A stretch of 61,961 bases of DNA, filler included, from Globobulimina sp. (lineage: Eukaryota), in the NCBI GenBank assembly GCA_003354225.1. It is 19 parts of 19 records of this genome, joined end to end, with 100 filler letters (N's around TTAATTAATTAA, not from the genome) between each part and the next. Parts side by side here need not be neighbours in the genome. Positions count along the whole stretch, not along the records: positions 19,606 to 22,772 come from PIVH01003525.1; positions 22,873 to 26,039 come from PIVH01003526.1; positions 26,140 to 29,305 come from PIVH01003527.1; positions 29,406 to 32,571 come from PIVH01003528.1; positions 32,672 to 35,837 come from PIVH01003529.1; 14 more parts are not named here. One strand, given 5' to 3'. The stretch's first letter is position 1, and each line of letters begins with the position of its first letter. The position numbers and the translations under genes were made by a program. Below, piece after piece: positions 21,335-33,677 of this stretch. The notes under the pieces are model-generated. The model did not search any database and was not told where the DNA came from. It was given only the letters and a program-made list of their open reading frames with translations.

Positions 21335-22772
21335 ATGGTGCGTGAAATTGTGAATATCAATGTTGGGAATTGTGGCAGTTGGATTGGTCATGATTTTTGG
21401 AATACAATCAGCACAGAACATAATTTGGATAAAAACGGAAATTGTACATTTTTCGATGATACTATAATGGATAAAATCGATGTATATTTCAATGAATCTT
21501 GCACTCAATCTCAAAAATACGAACCCCGCACAATATTTATTGATTTAGAAGCAAGCACATTGGACACAATTACAGCATCATCCATCAGTAACTTGTTCAA
21601 ACCCGATAATTTCAATTGTTTCAGCAACAATGCCACAGCGCATTTATTTCCAAATGGATATTACCATCAAAGCGCAGATACATTGGACACAATCAAAGAT
21701 TGCATAAATCATGAACTAGAACGTTGTGATTGTTTGCAAGGATGGCAACTTATGCACTCATTGGGTGGCGGTACTGGCTCAGGTTTAGGGACAAAAATTA
21801 TGACATATTTAAGGGATTTCTGGCCTGATAAAATAAATTCAACTTATTGTATATTCCCAAACTCTCAAAGCGACGCTCCAGAGCCATATAATGTGATATT
21901 AGCAATGAATCAAATCATTGAAAATTGCGATTATGTAATGATTTTCGACAATGATTCGTTATGGAATATTACAAAAAATATGTTAAAACAGGAAAAAGCA
22001 AGCTTTGCTGATTTAAATTGGTTAATTTCATTGGCGATGAGCGGCGTTACGTCTCCGTTGAGATTTAGAGGCAATTACAATGACACACTGTTGAAAATGT
22101 GTGTGGATTTAACACCATTTCCCAGGTTGCATTTTTTTGTTTGTTCACATGGCCCTTTTTTTAATATCAAACAAGGGGACAAATTGAAGTTATCTGCACA
22201 TGACGTTACCAATCAAATATGGTCAAAAAACAATTGTTTGGCCAATATTGATCCAGCAGATGGCAAATATTTGAGCAGCATATGTATATATCGACGGGAT
22301 TTAGTGGATTTAGAACTGAATTATAAAATCATTCATTCATTTATAAGAGAGAGTGAATTGGAGAATAGAAAGGTTTCAATGGATATTATAAACTTATTGT
22401 TGAAATATTTTACCTTTGGAAACAACAAAGGTGTTTTGCCAGACTATGGGGAAATATTTAAGAGCAAAGAGAGAGCCTGCAAAGATTTTGTGGCGTGGAT
22501 TCCAAATACGCATAAAACATCATTTATTGAGATTGCACCAAATACAACTTCGCTAAGTGGCACATTGATTGCTTCCACAACATCGATCGCATGTTTTTTA
22601 AAACGAATATTGAATGAATTTGAAACGTTGTTCAGTCAACAAAAGCAGCTTCATTTATATTTGAATGCAGGAATGGATGATATTGAATTTTTGGAATCTG
22701 GAGCAAATGTTAGAGATTTGATGGCTGAATATAATGATAGACAGTCAGTTAGGCAGTTATGCCGGCATTGGT
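21335..22772 (+). CDS. Divergent beta2-tubulin-like protein with insertion after strand S8
   Basis: MVREIV start, GGGTGSG, PFPRLHFF, DGKYLS and DFVAWIPN. Insert KIIHSFIRES...VSMDIINLLLKYF at 22325-22411. 3' end cut by the spacer. Confidence 0.92.
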
Positions 22773-23442
22773 NNNNNNNNNNNNNNNNNNNNNNNNNNNN
22801 NNNNNNNNNNNNNNNNTTAATTAATTAANNNNNNNNNNNNNNNNNNNNNNNNNNNNNNNNNNNNNNNNNNNNGAATGGCACAATTTTTCTTGATTTGGAT
22901 GGTAATTCCATATTGGAAAATAATTAAATTGTATTATACGCCCGCGGCTGCAGTGATTGGTGCGTTATTAAATTCGTGTTTTGGTAAATGTTTAAAGAAT
23001 ATATCACCAAAAGGAGCGACCGTCAATGTAAATAGTAAAGGCGCACAAAATAATGTGCCATCCATTGTATCCAGTATTCAACAACAAGATGGACAGCAAA
23101 CTGGTTATCCAAAACTTGAGTAAGTTTATTTTTTATTGTTTTTGCCCGTTTTTAATTATTATTGGACCTAAATACGTATTTTGTGATAAGTATATAATTT
23201 GTAGATTAATTATTAGACCTAAATACACCTAAATCCTTGCACTTTTCTCAAGTTTTCACAGAAAATCATTGCTGTGATCTAGTCAATGCGTGCAAGCATA
23301 GAGCACAGTCATTACATCATTGACATGCAAAAAAAGAATGAATTGATGGAACCTAAGAGATAAAACACAATAAACACTAAATAAACTCATAACTAATTAT
23401 GTATATAAACAACCACAAAGCATACAAACACTTTTCTACATT

Positions 23443-24387
23443 TCATTGATATCCCCTCTTAAAAATAGAAGCAAACTGATACAATCGATAAAATTGCCAG
23501 GCACAAATCGCCCACATAATTAGGAAAAAAATGGCCCACATATTGGTAAATCCATATTTATACATAATGTAGATCTCAATCACAACATCAACGACGATAT
23601 AAATGGTTAATAACAAGAACGAGACAGGAACGCAATTATACATTCCATATAAACCAAAACAAGCCGCAAAAAAACCAAATAAAAAAACCAATGTCGATAT
23701 CAGCCATAAAGAATATCCGGTAAAAATATAATAGCTTAACCCACTATAATAAAAACCATAGCCACACAAAATAATTAATAAAAACATAAAAATATGTAAA
23801 TATGTCCAATATGAACAACACCACGTTTGTTGAGCGCGTAATTGTGCTTTAAACGCTTCCTTACAATCTAAACCGCCGCCTGCTCCGCCACCATATGGTG
23901 CTGCCACGACTTGCACGCTCACTGTACAAAATGGACACGGTTCGTGTTAAAAACAACGGCGTTGTTAAAAGTATATACATAGCCAAAGGAAATGATATAT
24001 AATGCTCAATTTTGTGCTGATATTAATGGTACGAATTAAATGTTGCAGCATATATCATTTCCGTTGGTTACTGTGACAAATGAAGGGGGATGAACTTGGT
24101 TGGTTAGGATTGGAAGCACCGCACCCCGAGCATTGAGAGGCATTGCTGTCATTTGCCAATGTACAACGACTGCATTGCCATTTGAGCGAACTTGTTGATG
24201 TCACCTGTTGCATTTGGACATTATTTGGATTTGCATTGTAATAAGTTGGATATGCGTTATTTGCATTCTGTGGTCGGTATGGTGGGGCTGCTTCGTGATC
24301 TGTTTGGTGGGTTTGATGCGTTGTGCAAGTAATTTGAGTGTGGGGATACTTGTGTTTACCTGAAGCTGCATCATCTCTGTACGCCAT
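23443..24387 (-). CDS. RanBP2-type zinc finger plus four-TM membrane protein
   Basis: WQCSRCTLANDSNASQCSGCGASNP in exon 1. Phase-1 acceptor TACAG at 23922 leads into a 4-TM exon. The exact donor is uncertain. Confidence 0.65.
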
Positions 24388-24506
24388 TGTTTTTGTTCAG
24401 TCAATTTTTTATATTTATCTATAAAGTTTTTTTTTAGTTAGCACTTATCAGCAACAATACGACGGATATGACAGCGCATTGATATCAGATGAATAATTAT
24501 GTATAA

Positions 24507-26039
24507 TTACAAGAATAAAAAAAATGAATATTGACAAAAACAAATAAAAAATAAAATGAAACAATGTTTCTGTGTCATTTGAGAGAGATATTTTATCATA
24601 GCTTCACAGGCAAGAAATTGTTTGGTTAATAATATCGAATAAAACGTTATCATATAATATAGAAAATCGACAATAATACTCACGGTAAGCCACGTTATTG
24701 CATCGAGGTATATATTATTGACATCATCATCGAAATAAGCATTGAAATAGTTTTTATTCAACACAATTAATAATACACATAATGCCATACAACCCGTTAT
24801 TATCGACGCATAAAACCGTACCATCAAATCGATGCATATTCTATCTCTCCAGACCCTTTTATTTGAGCCATCTCTGACACACGAATACAACCAAAAATTA
24901 AAGCTATTTTGCATACGGTTATGAAATAACCAATTTATACACATTTCGCTTACATTATAATACAATTTAGAAATTTTTAGATTAGTTTCAAACATTTCAC
25001 TGAAAATATGAAATATTGAAATGAATATAAATTGTAATTGATAATTATCGCTTGAATGTATATTGACTTTGAACATAACAAACCATCTGAATTTATGTCA
25101 TAATTAACACATAAAAAAATAGTACAAACGTTCCATTTTTTTGAGCTGAAAGTGTTTTTTATGTTGTTTGTCGACGCAATGTTGACAAAATCAATGCAGT
25201 GACGCAAAAAATAGAACATTTGGTATATACCTAAACCAAATCCAATATAAAATACTGCAAAACCATTCCATTAACAATTCCGTTGATATGTAGTGCTGAT
25301 TATTATTCCTCAACGCACGAATTCTATCAATTAAATGTGCATAATATTTCATAATCCATTTAAACAAAACACACAGAACCAAAAACTGCAAGTAATAATT
25401 CAATAAATTAAAGTGTTTCTCATTATAATTATGCTGCCTATCAATAATCGAATGACTCCATACTCGAAATTCTAAAAAATACCAAAAAATAACACTTAAA
25501 TGAACCAATAAGAAAGACATAGATTGCCGCAATGGCTTTGCTTGTCTGTCAATGACTAAATCGGCATTTTCATCGATGAGTAACTGTTGATTCATATCAT
25601 CAGAATCTGTATAATTTGTCGATTTATGCTTTTTGAGACTTAATATCATTTCCATTGTTTCTTCCGAGTCGTTTCTATACTTTCTGGCAACAAATGAAAA
25701 ATACCAAATTATGAAGCATAAAATTGGTAAAATGGTTGGAATGCAAACAAAGCTTAAAAATTGAAACCAGTCCCAAGTATTTTGAAAATATTTTGAGTCA
25801 ATTTCTGAGTCAAAATCAAATATAAAATCGTTGTTAAAAACTTGTGTTAATATAAATGCGCTCGTTATTAATATCGTGATTATAATGGTAAATATCGTAC
25901 ATTTTTTACACATTTTTTTTACAAAATTTCTTTTTTTGTGTGATATGGTGGTTGGGGTTAAAAAATAATGTAGAAATTCATCAGATTGATGCATATTTTG
26001 CAAGATAAATGTTATTAAAATTGCCCATAACGTACACGT
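24507..26039 (-). CDS. Multi-pass membrane protein, 5' partial
   Basis: Two hydrophobic ORFs joined by a phase-2 intron at about 25230-25087 (AG|GTATAT ... TCAG|A TGG TTT). Confidence 0.6.
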
Positions 26040-26139
26040 NNNNNNNNNNNNNNNNNNNNNNNNNNNNNNNNNNNNNNNNNNNNTTAATTAATTAANNNNN
26101 NNNNNNNNNNNNNNNNNNNNNNNNNNNNNNNNNNNNNNN

Positions 26140-27008
26140 GAATATGTTGAGCTGGCTGAACTTGAGCAGACTCAGCAAATATTGCTTAATTTTATCAACC
26201 GATTTTTATTGACTTAAGGAAATATCTGTGATTTCAGGGCGTACTTTTTGCCAACTATATTGAGGGTTTTTTTGTGGTGGAACTACGAAGGTTATGTTGG
26301 ATGTATCAATCTCATTTTGTGTTTTATAGCGTATGTTTGAATATAAACCATCATTTATTGATTGGTATGTAATATTTCTGCTAAACGTATAATGCATATC
26401 CAACTGCATATTACTTTGACCTTTTATCCATATGGAGGAAAATTAAATGTTTGTAAATTTGTATATAGGCTTATAATTATTGATTATTATATACCTGAAC
26501 AATAATAAACGTCACCAAATGTCACATTGTATATGGTATCACCTGTTTGCGCTGCACACTGTGGACATTCTACATTTATCGTATAATTGCCTCCATTCTG
26601 TCTGGCTTCGTTTAAAATTACTTTCCAATCGCCATTCATATCAGATTTCGCAGAGAACGTATTGTTATAATTACCATCCATTTGTGTGACAGTTACTGAT
26701 ATGTCACTGTTTGCTGTATCACATGCACCATATACTGCACTTAAATATGGCTCTCTTTGTAGTACTGTATTATTACCAAAAACACCACTAAATACGGCAC
26801 CGGATATTGCTGCACGAAATTGTGTTAACATTTCATCGGATAATCTTCGTCGTTCATAGTTCTCTAATAATTCATTTGGATTATTCTCTTGTTGCCATTT
26901 GATGGCTTCTTCAGCTAAAAATTTAGGTTTGTTGTTATTATCCGCAATATGGGAACCATTTGCGGTCAATAAAAATAATATCGATATTGTAATGGCTACA
27001 ATAGACAT
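26140..27008 (-). CDS. Secreted sialate O-acetylesterase-like (SGNH) protein, 3' partial
   Basis: Signal peptide, VFGNNTVLQREP, GDWKVIL and NVTFGDVYYCSG|QSNM, with intron 26494-26421 splitting the catalytic GQSN motif. Confidence 0.88.
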
Positions 27009-27224
27009 GTAATGGAAGGTTTTTTCACTTGCAAAAAAAAGATTAAACAACTTCAATGTCCGGACATAAAACACGGATTTAACTGTTCGTGAATGAATTA
27101 ATAAACGCTTAACACAATTAACAACACACAAAACCACACGCAAAAATCTGCAAAAAATAGTGAAATGCTGCAGATAAACGACTTGAATTATATTAGCAAA
27201 ATAAAAATTATTCAATGAATATTA

Positions 27225-29138
27225 TCATTCAAACGTAGACTGAGCCGGATATCTGTTTCGAACATAATTTCTAAATTGATATCCATATACATTTATCATT
27301 AACTTATATGTTTCAACCATAGCATCGTCAAATAATGATAAAAAAGCATGATATGATTCAAATTTATCCATACCATCTTTTCTTGCCACATCTAATATTG
27401 ACTCCAATTTTTGTTGCACTCCATGTGATATATTTATCTATGTCAAAATTAAAAATATTACATATAACAAAAATGCAGCAAACATATAAAACAAAACCTG
27501 TGAGGGAGCAAAACAGGAAACAAACTGATCGTATATTTCCTGACAAATATCAAATAATGGATTTCTGCACAACAAAATACCATACTGCTCCTCTGCATAT
27601 TTATTATCTGATCCATTGATACAATCTTGTATAATTTTGCCATATTCGTCATAGATATTTTGCAAATACATAAAATCAAAACGATTCAATGTTAATTTTT
27701 CATCAGCTTCATCGCTAATTGCTGCCAACGGAAAATCAAATGAAGTCGGAACTGGCGTACTTATATCATGCCGTTCATGCGAACTTATATCAGTTTCGCC
27801 ACTTTGCAAATTAACTTCAAATGCAGGCAAACGCGGTAATACACAGATTGCAAATGATTGCGAAGCTCGATCAGAATGTGATAATACGCCATTATTATCA
27901 TTGGATCTGTTCGGACAGATTGCGGGTGACTTCATTGTCAGCAGTGACCATTCATGTTTCTGTTTAAGTTTCAGCACAATTTGATAAAATATACTCACTC
28001 TTTCTACAAACAGCAAATTTTCAGAAGCAAAGCAAAAACGCAAATAATCTGAAAATATGGAATGATTTAATTTATTTTTGCTTAAAAATTGAAATAAAGA
28101 TTTATTGATAAATATTGAATTTGATACAACTTCGTTTTCATCTCTCACTATCTCCAAATTATTTTTGTCCGATTTTTTCTTGGGAGATGACGGATGATTT
28201 TCGAATATTTTGCCGTCGATCTCATTTTGATATTGTTCGATATCTAATGTGCTTTCAGAGTGAACCAACAGAAACAACGGAATATATAAAATAACCAATC
28301 CTTCAAAATGCAGCACAAAGAAGCTCGAATATTGCAGCACGGTTAAAGATGGCAGTAATGTTTGCAGTGTCATTTGAATTAACAATGCAAATAAAATGGC
28401 ATAACACTCGTATAAACATCCGATGCCTTACAGTAAATATTAGCAGTTACAAATATATGTGAAATGGAAACAGACCTTACCTTCTTCAACTTTTTTATGT
28501 TTGATATTTATAATGGAAGCAATAATTAATAGCCATAGTATAAGATATATGATATTGATACGGGTGTTGATGATATGTGAGAGTGCAGTTATTGTGTGTG
28601 ATAAATATAGCATTGTGGAAGAAATAGATACGAAACATATAATAGTTATCGCTAATTTGCTTCGATATAAATCCTGAATGACACCAAGTTTCCTATAAAA
28701 TAAGTGGGATACGGTGCTAATTGTAGTTCGTGGCGAGTCTGGATGCATATGGTTTGATTTATTTTTAATACTACTACGCTGAGAAAGCATTTTTAATGCA
28801 AGCGCTGGTTCTAACGATTCCCATTTTAAATAGATGAGGTTGATACGATAGAGGACCAATCCTGAGATCACAAAGCTTAATGACAGGTTAATGTATGTTA
28901 TATGATAATTGATTGTATCGCTGGATATACCAATATCATGCAGCCAGCATTCGATTAACGATAATGTTTGAGCAATGAACATGATATAAAATACTATGTA
29001 TGATATGTTCGGAAATCTATTTCTAATTAAAAAATGACCGCTGAATTGATGCCATTTGATCAGTGCGTATATGTAAATGGGTAATGTCACAATCCAAGAG
29101 GATAATTTTAGAATGTTACCAGTGTGGCTGTGACCCAT
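27225..29138 (-). CDS. Multi-TM (7TM-like) protein with C-terminal RGS domain
   Basis: Hydrophobic N-terminal exons, then RGS motifs FSDYLRFCFASENLLF, EIYDQFV and LFDDAMVETYKLM, spread over three exons. Confidence 0.75.
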
Positions 29139-29532
29139 TAAGAAAAGATGTATGATGACTAGTTCACTTCAAAGTTGTAAAGCTACGTACAAGCAAAGTT
29201 ATAACTGTTTAATCTATAATATGCATCAATGGGGATGGTAATTGTGAAATTCACTCGGGATAATGGTAATTTATGGAAATTTAATTCAAATAAATAAACA
29301 AAACANNNNNNNNNNNNNNNNNNNNNNNNNNNNNNNNNNNNNNNNNNNNTTAATTAATTAANNNNNNNNNNNNNNNNNNNNNNNNNNNNNNNNNNNNNNN
29401 NNNNNTGTAGACATCTCACAGATTATTGCATTTTTAACACGATGTATTAGTAATATTAATTAGTGTGAAAAAACCTTTCTGTAAACTCCCAATAGTTCGC
29501 TATTGTGCAGTTCTGATTTTAAGCTTATTAAT

Positions 29533-31209
29533 ATGAATCCAATTGATGTTACCCAATGGTTAAAAGAAACTAAAATCGGTGAAAAAGCAGGAACATTGAT
29601 AAAAGAAAGAGATGTTGCAATTGAAGAACTGCTTGAATTTAATGCTGATGATTTAAAGACATTTGCAGAAGATTTAAAATTGGACGCACTCGCAAAGAAC
29701 AGATTTATTAAATCCATTACAAAGTTACAAGCAAAAAACAATGCATCCACATCATTCACCCCATCATTAACAACAAATTTTAGCCCGAAACAACATGTCA
29801 TTGTATCACCAGCAGAGCATAATGCCATTGTTAAATTATATGAAAAATATGATAAATCGTCGTCATTATCCAATTCAATCCATTCTTGTATTCATAGCTT
29901 AAATGAATCAGAAAAATTTGCAAATAATGAAATAGAAAAGCATATAAATGCATTAATTCAAAAACTTAAAAATATTCAAACATTATCTTTAACAAAAATT
30001 GATGAAATGGTAAAGCATAAAAAACAGATATTATCACAACAATTAGATACGATTCAGAATTATGTCAACATTGTGGATGATGGAAAGAATAAATATGATA
30101 AATATATAAAACAAGGTATTAATAATATTGATATTGCTATGAAACAACGCAAAAAAATAATATTAAAAATGGCAAAAGATATATTGTATAAAGATGGAGT
30201 TTCAATGTCAATGCTTACAGCGGCAAATATGAAATTTGATACAGCAAAACATAATGAATCATTACATAAACTATTTGATGTGATGCAAATAAGGGATTGT
30301 GACGAACCGCAATGTGTTAAAATACAGATTTATAAAGTATCGGATGGAACGGTTCAAGTACAATATTCCTTGCATAATGATGATATTATTGGCGCTAAAA
30401 AAATATTAGAAATTGTATTGGAATATGCTGTTTTGCATAAATCATATTCAAAACGAAAGAAAATCCAAATGAAAAAAAAGAATGGCAGTGATAGTGAGAG
30501 TGATACTGACAGCGATGAAGAAAGCGGTGATAGCGACAGTGATAAGATTGATGACATGAATATTGATGAAGAAATTGATGATATTGACATTAATTCGTTG
30601 AAATGGAATGAGAATAGCGGGAAAATTAAATATAAAAAACATAAGAAGCGAAATAAATATAAATTGCAAGGTTTAAAAGAAAACCGAGCATATTTAATGA
30701 GAATGAGAGCTCGGAACTCGTCGGGATATGGTGCATATTCGCAGATTATTTCTGTTTTAACTCCAAAATCTGAGATAAAATTTGATAAATATGATCCTCG
30801 ATATATTGCTATTTCAAAGAAGGGGAAAAAAGTAAGAACAAATAATAATTCATGCACTTATGTTTCAGTGTTTTGTTCAAAAGGATTTAGCTCAGGAATA
30901 AAAAAATGGAAAATCAAAATTATTTCACGAAAACATGGCAGCACCGAACAAGTTGGTGTTGTCCAAAATATATTTGAAGGACAAGCATGTTATAGCAAAC
31001 AGATAAGTACTTGTGGCGGCATTGCATGCGGTACGGGGCTAAAAAATAATGATGTAATTGAAACTATATTAGACTTTAAAAAGGGAAACGTCACATTTCT
31101 AAAGAATAATAATCGCCTCAAAACACAGAATATCGTAAAAGGTGTAAAATATTATCCATGTATCCAAACTTGTGCTTGTGCAAATCAAGTGTTTGAAGTT
31201 GTAAAATGA
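29533..31209 (+). CDS. SAM-like / coiled-coil / FN3 / SPRY(B30.2) protein
   Basis: DVTQWLKE...IEELLEFNADDL (SAM-like), LQGLKENRAYLMRMRARNSSGYGAYS (FN3), GFSSGIKKWKIKI..VGV..DVIETILDF..YYPCI (SPRY). Confidence 0.75.
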   Translation: MNPIDVTQWLKETKIGEKAGTLIKERDVAIEELLEFNADDLKTFAEDLKLDALAKNRFIKSITKLQAKNNASTSFTPSLTTNFSPKQHVIVSPAEHNAIVKLYEKYDKSSSLSNSIHSCIHSLNESEKFANNEIEKHINALIQKLKNIQTLSLTKIDEMVKHKKQILSQQLDTIQNYVNIVDDGKNKYDKYIKQGINNIDIAMKQRKKIILKMAKDILYKDGVSMSMLTAANMKFDTAKHNESLHKLFDVMQIRDCDEPQCVKIQIYKVSDGTVQVQYSLHNDDIIGAKKILEIVLEYAVLHKSYSKRKKIQMKKKNGSDSESDTDSDEESGDSDSDKIDDMNIDEEIDDIDINSLKWNENSGKIKYKKHKKRNKYKLQGLKENRAYLMRMRARNSSGYGAYSQIISVLTPKSEIKFDKYDPRYIAISKKGKKVRTNNNSCTYVSVFCSKGFSSGIKKWKIKIISRKHGSTEQVGVVQNIFEGQACYSKQISTCGGIACGTGLKNNDVIETILDFKKGNVTFLKNNNRLKTQNIVKGVKYYPCIQTCACANQVFEVVK

Positions 31210-31316
31210 TTAAATTCTTTTTTGGTTTAATATTCTTTATCTTCAAAACTTAAAAATTTAGCATACCAACAAAATTAAAACTAAAATTACAAGTTAAAAT
31301 ATTTTACATTTTATGA

Positions 31317-32571
31317 TTATTGATTTAATTGATCCAATAATAGTTGCGGATCAGTCATAACATATTTCATTAATTCTTCATCATTATGAGCAAACAATGT
31401 GCCTTTTATAATATGCATTTTTTGTTTTTTATGCAGAAAATGGCTTTGTACAATTGCAGGAATGGCAAAAAATACAATCTTTGCACCATTTTTGGTCTTG
31501 GAGCCAGTCCACAAATCATGTTTATCCTTTTCATTATAAAAATATTCATTCTCTTCATGTTCCACAAACATCCGAAATGAAGACGGATAAAATGTTAATT
31601 CGGGTTTGGTTAAAATCATAATCCAACAAATCTCGCAGCATTTGAAAATATAATCTTTCATACCTTTCTCAAATTTATTTCCTAAAAACCTCCAATTTTT
31701 ATATTTATTCTCACCGCAAATGCTCACAAATATGTCATCAATTACTTTATTTTTGTCATACACATTTATTCCATACACATTTTCCATTTCATTATACAAA
31801 TACTCTTCCCATTGTTGCTGGAGCTGTGGATGAATCATAACAGCTGCAATCTCGCCGGAACTTTGTTTTTTATTTCCTGAAATATTCAGTTGTTTGCCGA
31901 CAATCTCACAAATCTTTACTTTCCTCGACAACATAAACGAATAACACAACATCAGCAAATCAAATAAAAATTCATAGCCAACTCTATCCATTAATAGCTC
32001 AAATCGTGTCTTTGTGTCAGTTTCCTCATTCAATACTTTATCAAAATCATCTTTTGAATCACTTTCATCAGATTCCTCTTCATCATCTAAGTCATCATAC
32101 ATTTCACATAACTCATCCACAATGTCGTGGTGCATATTTTTAAACGTTTGTTGTCGACATGGCGATAGTTTCTTATTTGAGAAATCTTCTTCTTTAATAA
32201 AATTGCTCTCAATGCCTTTGCCCATCGTTGTTTGCCGCAATTGATCCTCTAATTTATTGTTCTGTTTCTTTATGCCTTTAATTTCCGAACGAAGTTGTTT
32301 TATGTCCAACGATTCTTTGCCATCCTCCGAGTCTGGACTCTGTTTACTTTCCTCCTTCAATTTATCCAACTTTTTTTTATATTTTATTTTCTCACTCTCT
32401 AACTCTGTACATTCGCTTTCTAAATTCATGCATTTCGTTTTATATTTTTCTTTCGTTTCCATTAATGTTATTTTCTCATATTCTAAGTCGCAGCATTTTG
32501 TTTCTAAATTACTGCATTTCGTTTGATATTCTTCCGTTGTTTTTGCAGATTTTATTTTCTCGTTTTCAAAA
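31317..32571 (-). CDS. Coiled-coil protein with MIEAP/SPATA18-like C-terminal domain, 5' partial
   Basis: Repeated KYKTKCxNLE coiled coil; YIFKCCEICWIMILTKPEL resembles the MIEAP-type domain. Confidence 0.5.
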
Positions 32572-32671
32572 NNNNNNNNNNNNNNNNNNNNNNNNNNNNN
32601 NNNNNNNNNNNNNNNTTAATTAATTAANNNNNNNNNNNNNNNNNNNNNNNNNNNNNNNNNNNNNNNNNNNN

Positions 32672-33505
32672 AATGAAACCATGTTTAAATTAAATTCAAT
32701 TATTAAAATGGAGGAAGAATTAAGGTATAATTTCTGTTTCTGATCGGTTGAATATTTTATTTTAATTGAAATAAATCAAATGTATATAAATAAAAGGCGA
32801 AAACAGATGGATTCACTTCGTTTACGAGAGGAAGTTGAAAATGATTTGAAATTAATTCAAGAACAAAATGTGAAAATAAAAGTAAAAATCGAGAGCGCGA
32901 AGCCTGAGATAGAAAAGGCGAGATTGGCAGTATCAAAAATAAAAAACGAAGAATTGAATGAAATTAAAGCACTAAAAAGCCCACCAAAAATCATTGAATT
33001 TGCAATGACGGCGGTTGCGATTATTTTAGGCAATGAGATAAAAACATGGAGAGATGTACAGAAAATATTATCATATCGGTTTAAACCAAATATTCTTAAT
33101 TTTGACGGGAAAAATATGCTTCGATCACATCGTTGTAAAGTACAAACAGAGTATCTCAGCAAAAAAGAATTTAATTACCAACGAGTGAATGAAGGGAGTA
33201 AAGTTTGTGGCTGTATGGTTTTATGGGTGAATTCACAAATAAATTATAGCACCGCTTTGGACGATGTTGTTATTTTAGAAGAGCAGGTTAAAAAATTAAA
33301 AAAACAAAATAAACATAAATTAAAATTAGCGCAGCAATACGAACAAATTGTAAAAGAACTGACGATTTCAATTGAAAAATATGAACAAGAATGTCAGGAC
33401 ATGGTAGCTAACATTATTGATGATACTGATCGGGAATTAAAAAAGCATGAAAAGAAATTAAATCCAATTAATTCCAAATTTTTTGATATGTTGAATATTT
33501 GTTAA
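32672..33505 (+). CDS. Dynein heavy-chain stalk/microtubule-binding-domain protein ending after the stalk, 5' partial
   Basis: AKPEIEKARLAVSKIKNEELNEIKALKSPPKIIEFAMTAVAIILG...W and SKVCGCMVLWVNSQINYS match the dynein MTBD. Intron at about 32726-32797. Confidence 0.8.
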
Positions 33506-33677
33506 AAGTGCACTTTTTATGCGTGTTGTTTTTGTAAATTTGTACAGAATTTTAGTTGGTTGATTGTATAAATTCACCGATTCGGATTTGTCATTTTGTC
33601 AGCTACATTTTTCAAAGCCGCAAAGCTAAACAGTTTTCCACTCACTTCCTTCATTTTTCCATTTTTGCAAATATTGC

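Noticed and set aside
14818-22772. Apparent cluster of three tubulin genes
   Set aside because: They lie on three different contigs ordered by length, so adjacency is not synteny.
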